Assembly: GCA_021513695.1 (NCBI GenBank)
Contig: CP084166.1
Coordinates: 1,408,001 to 1,472,000 of the forward strand
DNA length: 64,000 nt
Reading direction: 5' to 3'
Source of the DNA: Candidatus Heimdallarchaeum aukensis
GTDB taxonomy: Archaea; Asgardarchaeota; Heimdallarchaeia; Heimdallarchaeales; Heimdallarchaeaceae
The notes below the pieces were generated by a model. It saw only the letters and a program-made list of their open reading frames with translations. It was not told where the DNA came from and searched no databases. A program made the position numbers and the translations under genes. Below are positions 9,363 through 18,862 of this stretch, piece by piece; the stretch's first letter is position 1, and every line of letters starts with the position of its first letter.

Positions 9363-10670
9363 CTAACCCCTTTTTCTGATAATTGACAATGAATTTATTT
9401 TTTGTATAATTTTCCATGTTTCTTCTGCATACTTCTCCTGATGTGTCCAATTACCCTCTATTACTCCTTGCTTTGATAATTTTCCTAATTCTTTTCTTAT
9501 TTTTTTGGAAGTCTTACCAACTGGAGCATTAGCTAATTTTGAACCTGGTAAAGGCATAAAAACATGTGCTCTTATTTTTGATCCAATTTTACTAAGGGAT
9601 TTTATTACTTCAATTGATTGGAATTCATCTGCTTCAGTTGCATCTGGTAAACCAAAGATGAAGTCTACAATTGGGATAAAACCAGCATCACGGATATATT
9701 TTATTGCTCTTAAGCCTTCTTCTACTGAATGCCCTCTATGGTACATTCGTAAAATTTTATCACTTCCTGATTGTAATCCAATAGCTATTTTTTTATTTGA
9801 AACTATTTTCTTCAACTTAGTCATAATGCTTTGAGTAACAGTTTCTGGTCTAACTTCTCCAGGAAAAGTTCCAAAAAAGACTCTTTTTATTCCATCAGTA
9901 TTCTTTATTTTTGTTAGTAAATCTATTATTTCCTCTTCATTTGTCTCTTTTGGTTTCTGTGATAAGTATCCAAAGGAATTTGGAGTGATAAACCTTATAT
10001 CATCTAATTTATGTTTTGCCATCCATTGAACTGTCTCCAATATAACATCTGGTGACCTGTGGCGAGTTTTCTTGTTAAATATACTTGGAACTTGACAGAA
10101 TGCACAACCAAAAGAGCAACCTCTTGTAATTTCTAGTGGGGGAAACAACTTTCTTTGTCTTGATATCATAGGGTAATCGTCTAATTTTATTTGTGGAGGA
10201 GAAGGGTTAACAATTAGCTTTTCTTTATCTTCTGCTAGATAAGCTATGCCAGGTGTTGTTTCCAACTTGTCATTATTTAACCATTTTTCCAAAAAAAGAG
10301 AGAATGATAATTCTCCTTCTCCGATAAAAGCATAATCAAATCCAAGCCTTAAAGTGCTCAAGGGATCTCCAGTAGGATGACTTCCTCCAGCAACAAATAT
10401 AATTTTATTCAGATCTTGAGTTTTTAAATTAGAATACAGATCATCCATACTAGAATATATTTTTTCTAGTTGTGCTGTTCTAAAAGAGAAAGCAAATATC
10501 ACTTTATCATATCTTTCTAAATAAGATTGAATCTTCTTGCTGTCAACATCCGATTCAAGTAAAATGTCAAACCCATCTAGTTTTTCATTTTGATCGATTG
10601 AGGCAACTAATGGGGTAATGCTATAGAAATTCTTTTTTTCAAGACTGAAAATAAGAGCTGAATTATTCAA
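9363..10670 (-). CDS. Radical SAM protein with an N-terminal B12-binding-like domain
   Basis: 'RGCSFGCAFCQ' CxxxCxxC cluster motif. Upstream 'FVAGGSHPTGDP' resembles a cobalamin-binding domain. Overlaps the Kae1 stop by 4 nt, which suggests an operon. Confidence 0.8.
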   Translation of the reverse strand: MNNSALIFSLEKKNFYSITPLVASIDQNEKLDGFDILLESDVDSKKIQSYLERYDKVIFAFSFRTAQLEKIYSSMDDLYSNLKTQDLNKIIFVAGGSHPTGDPLSTLRLGFDYAFIGEGELSFSLFLEKWLNNDKLETTPGIAYLAEDKEKLIVNPSPPQIKLDDYPMISRQRKLFPPLEITRGCSFGCAFCQVPSIFNKKTRHRSPDVILETVQWMAKHKLDDIRFITPNSFGYLSQKPKETNEEEIIDLLTKIKNTDGIKRVFFGTFPGEVRPETVTQSIMTKLKKIVSNKKIAIGLQSGSDKILRMYHRGHSVEEGLRAIKYIRDAGFIPIVDFIFGLPDATEADEFQSIEVIKSLSKIGSKIRAHVFMPLPGSKLANAPVGKTSKKIRKELGKLSKQGVIEGNWTHQEKYAEETWKIIQKINSLSIIRKRG

Positions 10671-11671
10671 TTTTCATTTCTCCAGTTAACGACTACATCT
10701 TCAACCCTATAATGTTGGTCAATAATTGTTTCTTTTAGAGGAGTAGAATATCCTTGGTTGTACATTATGAGTCCTAACCATGCTATCATTAATCCATTAT
10801 CAATCGCTAAACTCGGTTCTAATCCAAAGAATCTAGCACCATGTGATTCTGCCATAACTTTAAGCATTGCTTTCAATCGATTGTTTGAAGCAACGCCACC
10901 ACATACTAATACTTCATTCTTTTTAGTATGTGCTAAAGCTCTTTCAGTAACTTCAACTAGCATTGCAAAAACCGTTTCTTGCAAACTGTAAGAGAGATCC
11001 TCAAGAGTATATTCCTTTTTTTTGAGTAGCTTAGAAATGTGTGTGAGAATTCCAGAAAAAGACACATCCATTCCTTTTATAACATAAGGGATTGGAATAT
11101 ATTTTGTTCCATTTTCTGCTAATAGCTCGATTACACGACCCATTGGAGCTTTTTTATCGCTTAAACCCGCGTTTCTTCCAAAAACATCCAAACAATTTCC
11201 AACAGGAATATCAATAGTTTCTCCAAAAACGCGATATCTGCCTTCGCTAAAAGCAATTATTTGTGTGTTACCTCCTGATACATACAACACTACAGGATCA
11301 TCCATGTTTCCAACTAGTCGTCCTATCTCCACGTGAGCTATAGGATGATTTACGCCAACTAACGGTTTTTTGTATTTTAGCGCTAGTGTCCTTGCAGCAA
11401 CTGCACCAACCCTAAGGCAGGGACCCAACCCTGGACCCTTTGTAAAAGAGATAATATCTATATTGTCCATAGTAAGTTTAGATGTTTTAAGCGCTTCACT
11501 GATTACTTCTGGAATATTTTTGGCATGGAATTCAGAAGCTTCACGAGGGTGAATACCAGAACCTAAGGGGGGTTTGTAGGTTCTTCTAACATTTGCAAGT
11601 ATATTTCCGTTATTATCTATTATTCCTACACCTAATTTGTCAGCAGAACTTTCAATGCCAAGAGATAACAT
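10667..11671 (-). CDS. kae1: tRNA N6-adenosine threonylcarbamoyltransferase Kae1/TsaD
   Basis: N-terminal 'LGIESSADKLGVGII', His-containing metal-binding motifs, 334 aa. A canonical Kae1/TsaD family signature. Confidence 0.9.
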   Translation of the reverse strand: MLSLGIESSADKLGVGIIDNNGNILANVRRTYKPPLGSGIHPREASEFHAKNIPEVISEALKTSKLTMDNIDIISFTKGPGLGPCLRVGAVAARTLALKYKKPLVGVNHPIAHVEIGRLVGNMDDPVVLYVSGGNTQIIAFSEGRYRVFGETIDIPVGNCLDVFGRNAGLSDKKAPMGRVIELLAENGTKYIPIPYVIKGMDVSFSGILTHISKLLKKKEYTLEDLSYSLQETVFAMLVEVTERALAHTKKNEVLVCGGVASNNRLKAMLKVMAESHGARFFGLEPSLAIDNGLMIAWLGLIMYNQGYSTPLKETIIDQHYRVEDVVVNWRNEN

Positions 11672-11759
11672 TATATTAGCTCACGACAACCACATAATCT
11701 TACACTTAAAAAGGTATTTCTGTAAAACTAGGTTAATCTTTTAATATAAGAAAAATATT

Positions 11760-12731
11760 TTGAATTTAATGAATAGATTCTTTTTGATCATTTACCCCTG
11801 GGACTCTATTGATAGGAAAAATGAGAAAAAGAAAAATTTGATTGGTACATTCCTCATGATGTCTTTTTCAGGAATATATTCATTAATACTCTTAAGTATA
11901 TTTTTGAAAAAGATTTTACCTATCATTTCTAAGTCCGAAAATGAACTTCTTGGTAAAAACAGCATAACAGTCAGATTCCTAAATTCTATTTTTTCCAATG
12001 GTTGGCTATTTGCAATTATTTTTGTTATCATAGTAGTTTTATATAGCATAACTTACTTTTTTAATCTCAAAATTGATCAAAATACTATCAAATTTCTTTT
12101 TACAAGAATAAAAGCTATTAAGGATTATTATAATTCTCTATTTCGTGTGTTCCTTATTATTTGTAAAGAGTTAATCGAGGTTATTTTTATTGCTTTATTA
12201 GAGTTTATTATTGCTGAAATAATAACCCTAGGATTAGTGTCAATTATCTCGACAATTTCAATCTCTTTAGCTCTTAATTCAAGTTTATCCATTTACGGTT
12301 TAGCTTTAGCCACAGGAATCTTTATTCATGTCCTAGCTTATCCTATTATGAATGCCTTGTATTTTCTTATTATTATAAAAGAGAAAAAAGAGAAAAAAGT
12401 TTTTAGACATTTAGACCACGAAAAAATAGATTTTGAACTAGAAAAATGGAGAGAGCACACATGGGGTAAGAAAGGTTATTCATATGATTGGAGAGAAGAA
12501 GAATATGCTCCCTTCATCTGTCCAAATTGTAATTCTGTTATTTCAAGTAATTTAGTTATTTGTCCAATTTGTGGAGAAAATGTAGTTGAATTGTTAGAAA
12601 AATTGATGGAAGATGAAGGTAATGAAAAACAAACAGAAAATGACCAAATTAGAACAGAAAGCAATGAAGATGAAAGGAAGATAAATGAAGAAAAGCCAGA
12701 AAATAATGAGAAGAAAACAGAAATTGATTGA
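11760..12731 (+). CDS. Polytopic membrane protein with a C-terminal zinc ribbon and an acidic tail
   Basis: Multiple hydrophobic helices. 'CPNCNSV...CPICG' zinc ribbon near the C-terminus, followed by a Glu/Lys-rich tail. Confidence 0.5.
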   Translation: MNLMNRFFLIIYPWDSIDRKNEKKKNLIGTFLMMSFSGIYSLILLSIFLKKILPIISKSENELLGKNSITVRFLNSIFSNGWLFAIIFVIIVVLYSITYFFNLKIDQNTIKFLFTRIKAIKDYYNSLFRVFLIICKELIEVIFIALLEFIIAEIITLGLVSIISTISISLALNSSLSIYGLALATGIFIHVLAYPIMNALYFLIIIKEKKEKKVFRHLDHEKIDFELEKWREHTWGKKGYSYDWREEEYAPFICPNCNSVISSNLVICPICGENVVELLEKLMEDEGNEKQTENDQIRTESNEDERKINEEKPENNEKKTEID

Positions 12732-12772
12732 AAAGTTGGAGAAGAGAAGTAGAAAAAAAGATTAATCTCAAA

Positions 12773-14017
12773 TTATATTGTTGTTGGAAACTTTGCATAA
12801 GACCTAAACTCTATCCAATCTTCTAAATGTCTATTGATTATATTTTCAATTTCATCCTGGTCTAGTTTTCTTGCAACTGATTCATCTGATGTTAATAGTG
12901 CCATAATATATCTTTCATTTTTGAACTCTAAATCTCGTAATATAAAAATCTCATTTGTTTTTTCTTCGTCGTCTAAAACATATCTTCTTATTCTTAAGAA
13001 AGGTTCTCTCATATTTGCTATCGTTTCTATTGCTTCATAGTATGCATTATGAGATAATTCTTCTAGCTTTTCATTTTTTGAGTACTGGGCAAAACAGATG
13101 TTACTTCTGAAATCATATAAACCAAAAAATTCTGCATTTAAAGTTTCAGCTACTTGTTTTGATGCATTTGCGATATAATCTTGAATCAAACTTATGTTTC
13201 TAAATATGTGCGAGAATGCACCCAATATAGAAGAGCGTATATGAACACTTGTTCTAAAGATTCCTCTTGCAGGATCAAAGGTGGGGACATTAGAATGTAA
13301 ATATTGGACCATTGAGCCAAAGATGGAATTAGCTTTCTCACTTAAAACAAAATCAGGATCAGATTTATGAAAGAATATGGTCCATGGAACATCTAATTTA
13401 AGTTTTTGAGTGACATTAACAATCTGTTTTAAATATTCAAAGCTTTCTTCATATCTATCTTCAGCTTGAACATCTACTACATAGATAATTGTGTCTGTTC
13501 CAATAAAGTACTGTTCAGGATTGTTTAGATAGTCATCTCTATATATTTTCTGTCCTCCTAATTCATGTAGATGAATATCAAGACCAAAAACCTCTAATTT
13601 TCCACGTAAAAGTCCTCTTGTTGGCGTTAGTGCATTCAACTTTTGAAAAAGTAATGAAAAAGCTCCTCTATGTTTCAAGGCTATAGAAAGTGAGGTTTTT
13701 CCTACATTATCAATTCCTGCTAAAATAATTTTAGCTCCAGAGGTTATTTTTTCAGTTTTTTCTACCAATAAAAGTTTGCTTGCAGCTATCCAACTATCTA
13801 TACGCTCTTTTGGAAAAAGTTTTGACAGATCACTATAGTGCTTATTCCACTCTTTTGCTAATTTTTCAATTGTTACCAAACCAAATTTTTCTAGTGATTT
13901 CACCTCACTTTCTCTAATATCTAAGAGAGCTATTACTGGCAAATCAGCTAAATTATCTTCTTTCCTATAATCCTCTTTCAATAGCTTTTCTTTTATATCT
14001 AACACTTTTTTCACCAA
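12773..14017 (-). CDS. Rag/Gtr-like small GTPase with an N-terminal extension and a C-terminal roadblock-type domain
   Basis: G1 is 'AGIDNVGKTS' and the switch II region is 'ELGGQ'. G4 is 'HKSD', the HKxD variant characteristic of RagA/Gtr1 rather than NKxD. The C-terminal ~150 aa contain 'FLRIRRYVLDDEEKTNEIFIL', which resembles the roadblock 'LTFLRIRSKKNEIMV'. Confidence 0.6.
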   Translation of the reverse strand: MVKKVLDIKEKLLKEDYRKEDNLADLPVIALLDIRESEVKSLEKFGLVTIEKLAKEWNKHYSDLSKLFPKERIDSWIAASKLLLVEKTEKITSGAKIILAGIDNVGKTSLSIALKHRGAFSLLFQKLNALTPTRGLLRGKLEVFGLDIHLHELGGQKIYRDDYLNNPEQYFIGTDTIIYVVDVQAEDRYEESFEYLKQIVNVTQKLKLDVPWTIFFHKSDPDFVLSEKANSIFGSMVQYLHSNVPTFDPARGIFRTSVHIRSSILGAFSHIFRNISLIQDYIANASKQVAETLNAEFFGLYDFRSNICFAQYSKNEKLEELSHNAYYEAIETIANMREPFLRIRRYVLDDEEKTNEIFILRDLEFKNERYIMALLTSDESVARKLDQDEIENIINRHLEDWIEFRSYAKFPTTI

Positions 14018-14193
14018 ATTCTGCGAAGTAATTACACGTAAGAGCGCTTGAAATATAGTTGTCTAACTATCAAAATAAGTATTTTGTTTCTATTACTAAG
14101 GAGATATAAAAAAATTAGATAAAAAATAAACTAAGGAAAATAAAAATTATAAAAAAAAAATAGAACTTACGACGGAAAAGTTAAAAAGATTTT

Positions 14194-16203
14194 ATGTTTT
14201 TTACGGATAAACAGCAACGAATGGAGAAAAGAAAATTGCGTGCACGTAGATTAAACAAAATACTGTTGATTACATTATTATTAATTACCACTTTTTCGGT
14301 AAGCGTATTAGGAAGAGCATATTTTTCTTCAGTTAGTGATTTTGGAAAGACAGACCTAAGTTATTCGAAAAATAATATCGTAGCTTTTGACACCAATGAA
14401 CCCATAATTGACGGGGATTTGGAATCTTATGAAGGAGAATGGGCTAATGCTACAGTTTATAGTAATATAATAGATGGGATAAATTATACTATTACCTTAA
14501 AAGCCAATGAGACTCATCTTTTCTTTGGTATAAGTTATGAGACTAATTTGTTTGTCTCACTCACAGAAACTAACGCAAGCATTCCTCACACTTGGTATGC
14601 AATTGTCTTTGACAGTAACTTTGACAAAGAATTTGGAACAGAACTTGTTCCTGAAGATACTATTTTGTTTAACTATCAAGAAAAAGATGCAACTGACGCT
14701 ACTTTGAATGGTACAGAAACTAATTCATTGGCTTTGGATGAAGATTTAGGAGGAGAAGATAACACAATAGGTGCTATTCAAACAGATCTTTTTGTTGAAG
14801 AATACACTGTAACAATAGAAATCGCTAAAGAATTAAACTCAGGAGATAAGGAAGGGAATGATATAGCCCTAAACCCAAGCGATGCTATTCTATTTGCTTT
14901 AATTCCATTTGCTAACCATACGGATGTATTCAATAATACCGAGGTTCCTTCATTAGAATGGAATACTTTAAGATTAGAACCCACACAAGAATTCTACACA
15001 TATATAGAAAATACCGAAGATCTGTCAGTAGTAACCTACGTTTCAGATTCAGTAAGAACAAAGAGAGTAGAGTTTAATTCAATAGGAAATATGTTAGAAG
15101 CCTATCAATTAAATTCTCAATTAGCAAATAAGGATAATTTTGAGATTACAACTGAAAATCTCAACGATGTTGATCTATTTATTATGGCAGGAAATCAAAA
15201 ATCCCTAACTTCTAGCCAAATATCTGTTTTACGTTCATATTTGACAAATGGAGGAAGTATACTCCTTATTGCAGATGAAGTGAAAAATGAAAGTTCAATT
15301 AATGAATTCTTACGAATGTTCAATATGGAACTATACAATTCAACACTCTACTCAAACAATACTGCCATCAATGAATCTCTAACTTTTGATCAAACAACAC
15401 TTGCACAACTACAATATTTACAAGAAGATAGTGCTTTTACAGAAACAGAATTCAGTAATATCTTTTACACAGGTACAGCAATAAAAAACATTTCTGCCTA
15501 TGGAGAAACCATTTTATTTGGACAAGATGCTGACTTATATCCGATCCTTTCAAAAGAAGGAGAATTCTTCATCAATTTAGGTGAAAAAACAGGATACAAT
15601 AGCACAGAAGATATTGCGATAAACAATGTGACTTTGCAAACTGCTTTAGAACTAAAATATGGAGGAAAAATGATTGTTTCTGCCTCAGCTGACATGTATA
15701 ATTCATCAAATCTTGTATTTGGTTCAAATAAGATGTTACTGTTGAAAGAGATACAATGGTTACTTAACTTCAGATTCAGAATAAGCTATGAAAACTTTAA
15801 CGTCCCTCAGACAAAAGTTAAAGAGGGAAATCCAATAGAAATGAACATTAGCGTTACAGGAGATAACGATACAGTTCTAGCAAATGTTAAAGTACAAGGA
15901 AGAGTGCTTGTTCTTAAATCAGTTGTTTCTTCTGTTGAACTTAATGCTTCAGAAAACAAAATCGATTTCTATGGACAAATTGTTCCTGAAACTAAAGCTT
16001 CATGGGTTGACATTGAGATACTGATGCACAAAAGAGGATATGGATATAACTACACTGAACTAGTAGAAGTTTTAATTGAAAAACAAATAGAAATTCCTAT
16101 AGCGGTAGATTACGTGTCTTTAATTGTTTTTATAGCTTCCATTGGATTAGCTATAATAGGAATGATAACTATAAGAAGACACAAAATTCAAAAAGAAGAA
16201 TAA
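14194..16203 (+). CDS. Large secreted or surface protein with an N-terminal signal anchor and a C-terminal transmembrane anchor
   Basis: 669 aa. N-terminal hydrophobic segment. Many N-x-S/T sequons. C-terminal helix 'VSLIVFIASIGLAIIGMITI' followed by a basic stop-transfer. The internal segment 'LFIMAGNQKSLTSSQISVLRSYLTNGGSILLIADE' is GldG/ABC-auxiliary-like. Confidence 0.5.
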   Translation: MFFTDKQQRMEKRKLRARRLNKILLITLLLITTFSVSVLGRAYFSSVSDFGKTDLSYSKNNIVAFDTNEPIIDGDLESYEGEWANATVYSNIIDGINYTITLKANETHLFFGISYETNLFVSLTETNASIPHTWYAIVFDSNFDKEFGTELVPEDTILFNYQEKDATDATLNGTETNSLALDEDLGGEDNTIGAIQTDLFVEEYTVTIEIAKELNSGDKEGNDIALNPSDAILFALIPFANHTDVFNNTEVPSLEWNTLRLEPTQEFYTYIENTEDLSVVTYVSDSVRTKRVEFNSIGNMLEAYQLNSQLANKDNFEITTENLNDVDLFIMAGNQKSLTSSQISVLRSYLTNGGSILLIADEVKNESSINEFLRMFNMELYNSTLYSNNTAINESLTFDQTTLAQLQYLQEDSAFTETEFSNIFYTGTAIKNISAYGETILFGQDADLYPILSKEGEFFINLGEKTGYNSTEDIAINNVTLQTALELKYGGKMIVSASADMYNSSNLVFGSNKMLLLKEIQWLLNFRFRISYENFNVPQTKVKEGNPIEMNISVTGDNDTVLANVKVQGRVLVLKSVVSSVELNASENKIDFYGQIVPETKASWVDIEILMHKRGYGYNYTELVEVLIEKQIEIPIAVDYVSLIVFIASIGLAIIGMITIRRHKIQKEE

Positions 16204-16284
16204 AAAACTTTTTTTTACTTTTTATTTTTTGATTTATTGTAGTAGTAGGTAAACTTTTTATTTTTATAAAGGATTAAAAAAATA

Positions 16285-16986
16285 ATGTCAGAAATTCAAA
16301 GAAAAATAGATTTACTTATATCTGAGGCAAATGCCCATTATGAAACTAAACGTTACAAAGATGCTGCAAAAACTTTTGCCCATTTAATTGATTTAACTTT
16401 GAAAAATAATGATCCTGAAGAAGCAATTTATTTTGGTTATCGTGTTGCTGATTGTTGGAAAAAAGAGAAGAATGAATTAAATAGAGCTAAAACATTCAGA
16501 CTTATTGCAGAGATAGCTAATTCATCAACAGCGTTAGTATCTGAAAGTTATGCAAAAAGAACAAAGAATTTACATGAGAAAGCTGAATCGCTGATAATAG
16601 CGGGTGAATCTTATCTTCCAAGTAATAAAGCAAAAGCAAAAGAGAAAATCAAAAAAGCGTTAGAGATATTAGAAGAAATGGAAAAAAAGGAAAAAAAATT
16701 GGAAAAGAAAGAAGAAATACTAAATGGGATAGTAAAAGCTGTTAAACTTACAGGAAATACTAGAAAATTAAAAACTATTAACACAAAATTGATTGCTATC
16801 AAAAAGGAAATAGCTGAAAAAGCTCTAAAAAAAGGGGGTCAAACTAATCTATTAACCGCTCTTAGGGAATTTGAAGATATCATTCAAATTTATAAAGAAA
16901 GTAAGCTTCCAAAAGATAGTGAAATTATGTCAAAAATAGAAATGATAAAGAAAAAAATTGAGGATTATGACCCATTCTCAACTTAG
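16285..16986 (+). CDS. Alpha-helical or coiled-coil protein, possibly with an N-terminal MIT-like three-helix domain
   Basis: Lys/Glu-rich, 233 aa. The N-terminus 'RKIDLLISEANAHYETKRYKDAAKTFAHLIDL' resembles MIT-domain helices. The assignment is tentative. Confidence 0.35.
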   Translation: MSEIQRKIDLLISEANAHYETKRYKDAAKTFAHLIDLTLKNNDPEEAIYFGYRVADCWKKEKNELNRAKTFRLIAEIANSSTALVSESYAKRTKNLHEKAESLIIAGESYLPSNKAKAKEKIKKALEILEEMEKKEKKLEKKEEILNGIVKAVKLTGNTRKLKTINTKLIAIKKEIAEKALKKGGQTNLLTALREFEDIIQIYKESKLPKDSEIMSKIEMIKKKIEDYDPFST

Positions 16987-17027
16987 ACCCTTTAAAAATG
17001 TTTATAGGAGTTTAATGTTCCTTTGGC

Positions 17028-18002
17028 TTGGAATTGGTAGAGAGAAAAATGTTCAACCAAACAAAAAATGAAAGAGGTTTTTTGAAAAATTTCCTTAAGT
17101 ACAAGAAAATATTCTTTTCGCAAATTTTTCATATTTACTCTTATGGATTGTTTTTAGCGATGTATTTATGGTTCGTTTTTTTTGATATTTTAGCTCTACA
17201 CATTATAATTTTTAGTTTTATAGTAGGATTTTTAGCAATAATAGCAGATACTGTAATTTATTACACACTAAAGAAACTTTACTACGATACATTTGATTTC
17301 GGAAAAGTAATTGTAACTTTTTTAATTTTTTACTTATTCCAAATGTCGTATTTTTTAAAAGCTTGGTTTAATATTGAACCACAGCAATTAATGTTAGGTT
17401 ATTTAATAGGATATTCTCAATTAAAGATGACAGGAGTATTGGCTACAATTCTTAAGTCTGTAGGGTCTATTGCTTTATTGTTATCTTTCATTTCTTGTTT
17501 AAATTATGCTAGATCTGGTTATAGTAAATTAATCCCAGGATGGAATAAAAAAGTCAGTTCAGGAGAATTCGTGTTTTTATCCTTTATTGTTGCCACTATC
17601 AATATAATAGCTGCCTTGCAGATGGCTAGTTATATAAAAGAGAGAATTGTTAATGTTTATATTTTACTAACATTTTTCACATTAGCGAGTTTGTTAATAA
17701 TTCCAACCTATAAATCAAAAATTAAAATTTTCTCTGAAGAGTCCCCAGAAACTAAAAAAATGTTGATGATGATCAAAAATAATAAAACATCAATTATAAT
17801 TGATGCATTGTTTCTTTTTCTTAGCGATGCTATTCTTTTCTTTAGTTTCACAGTAATTGGGCCTTGGGAGATATTTTCTATTTTTCTATCAGCTTTCGTT
17901 ATAATAGGAAATAGATACAGAGCTATCGGTTCTGTTCAGAGAGAAAGAAAAGAAGAAGAACTAGATTTGATATCACAAAAAATTTTTAACAATTTTAATT
18001 AA
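17028..18002 (+). CDS. Polytopic integral membrane protein (hypothetical)
   Basis: 324 aa, with about 8 hydrophobic segments. No recognised motif. Confidence 0.5.
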   Translation: MELVERKMFNQTKNERGFLKNFLKYKKIFFSQIFHIYSYGLFLAMYLWFVFFDILALHIIIFSFIVGFLAIIADTVIYYTLKKLYYDTFDFGKVIVTFLIFYLFQMSYFLKAWFNIEPQQLMLGYLIGYSQLKMTGVLATILKSVGSIALLLSFISCLNYARSGYSKLIPGWNKKVSSGEFVFLSFIVATINIIAALQMASYIKERIVNVYILLTFFTLASLLIIPTYKSKIKIFSEESPETKKMLMMIKNNKTSIIIDALFLFLSDAILFFSFTVIGPWEIFSIFLSAFVIIGNRYRAIGSVQRERKEEELDLISQKIFNNFN

Positions 18003-18071
18003 ATCTGGAAAAAATAAACAACTAAAGCAAAAAATAAATAGTAATTTAGAAAAAAAGTCATAACAACATTT

Positions 18072-18148
18072 GACCCTGTAGCTCAGTAGGATAGAGCACC
18101 TGCCTCCTAAGCAGGGGGTCGACGGTTCGAATCCGCCCAGGGTCGCCA
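18072..18148 (+). tRNA. tRNA-Arg (anticodon CCU)
   Basis: Cloverleaf folded by hand. Acceptor gaccctg/cagggtc (7 bp). Anticodon stem cctgc/gcagg with loop cuCCUaa. T-loop ttcgaat. Encoded CCA. Confidence 0.85.
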
Positions 18149-18230
18149 TGATTGATTGTTTATAATTAATAAATATTCAATATTTCTTTAAAATCATAAA
18201 TTTATAATTTCAAAAAAGCGGGTAAAGTAA

Positions 18231-18758
18231 ATGCATTATGATAAAATTCCTGTGTTTATTTGCGATTTTCACACATGTAATCCCAAAAAATGCACAGCGA
18301 ATAGAATTTTAAGGTTCAACAAAGCTAAAGAGATAAAAAAGAAAGAAATATCCAAATTTAACATAGTTTTAACTCCTTTTTCGATGACTGCTCTTTCACC
18401 CGCAGATAAGAAACAAGCTAAGAAATATGGTATAGTAGGTGTTGATTGCAGTTGGAATAATATAGAATCAGGAAGGGAAGCTTTAACTAGAGGAACAGGA
18501 AGAGCTTTACCATACCTTGTACCTGCAAATCCAATAAACTATGGAAAGCCAACAAAGTTAAGCACTTTAGAAGCAATTGCTGCAGCATTAATAATTTTAG
18601 GCAATGTAGAGCAAGCAGAAGAAATTTTAAAACTTGAAAAGTGGGGATTTGAGTTTTATAAAATTAATAAAAAATATTTAGATCTATACTCTCAAGCAAA
18701 AACAAGTAAAGAAATTGTAGAAATACAATCACAGATCATTTCTGAATTAAAAAAATAA
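18231..18758 (+). CDS. tsr3: Tsr3-like rRNA aminocarboxypropyltransferase (DUF367 family)
   Basis: 175 aa. The 'CNPKKC' and 'DCSW' motifs and the size match archaeal Tsr3. Confidence 0.65.
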   Translation: MHYDKIPVFICDFHTCNPKKCTANRILRFNKAKEIKKKEISKFNIVLTPFSMTALSPADKKQAKKYGIVGVDCSWNNIESGREALTRGTGRALPYLVPANPINYGKPTKLSTLEAIAAALIILGNVEQAEEILKLEKWGFEFYKINKKYLDLYSQAKTSKEIVEIQSQIISELKK

Positions 18759-18862
18759 TCCCATTACTAACAAAATTTTTCCAAGTTTAAAACTTAGATG
18801 TGGTCTAATTTCTCAAACAGTTCTTTCAAAAATTTTTTTAATACAGCAACTTTAAGTTCCCA

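Noticed and set aside
7311-9834. Several 60-140 aa antisense or internal ORFs (7311..7505, 8157..8588, 8706..8999, 9505..9834)
   Set aside because: All lie within longer ORFs that have recognisable families (PurM-like, Bud32, radical SAM). They have no motifs and a biased composition.
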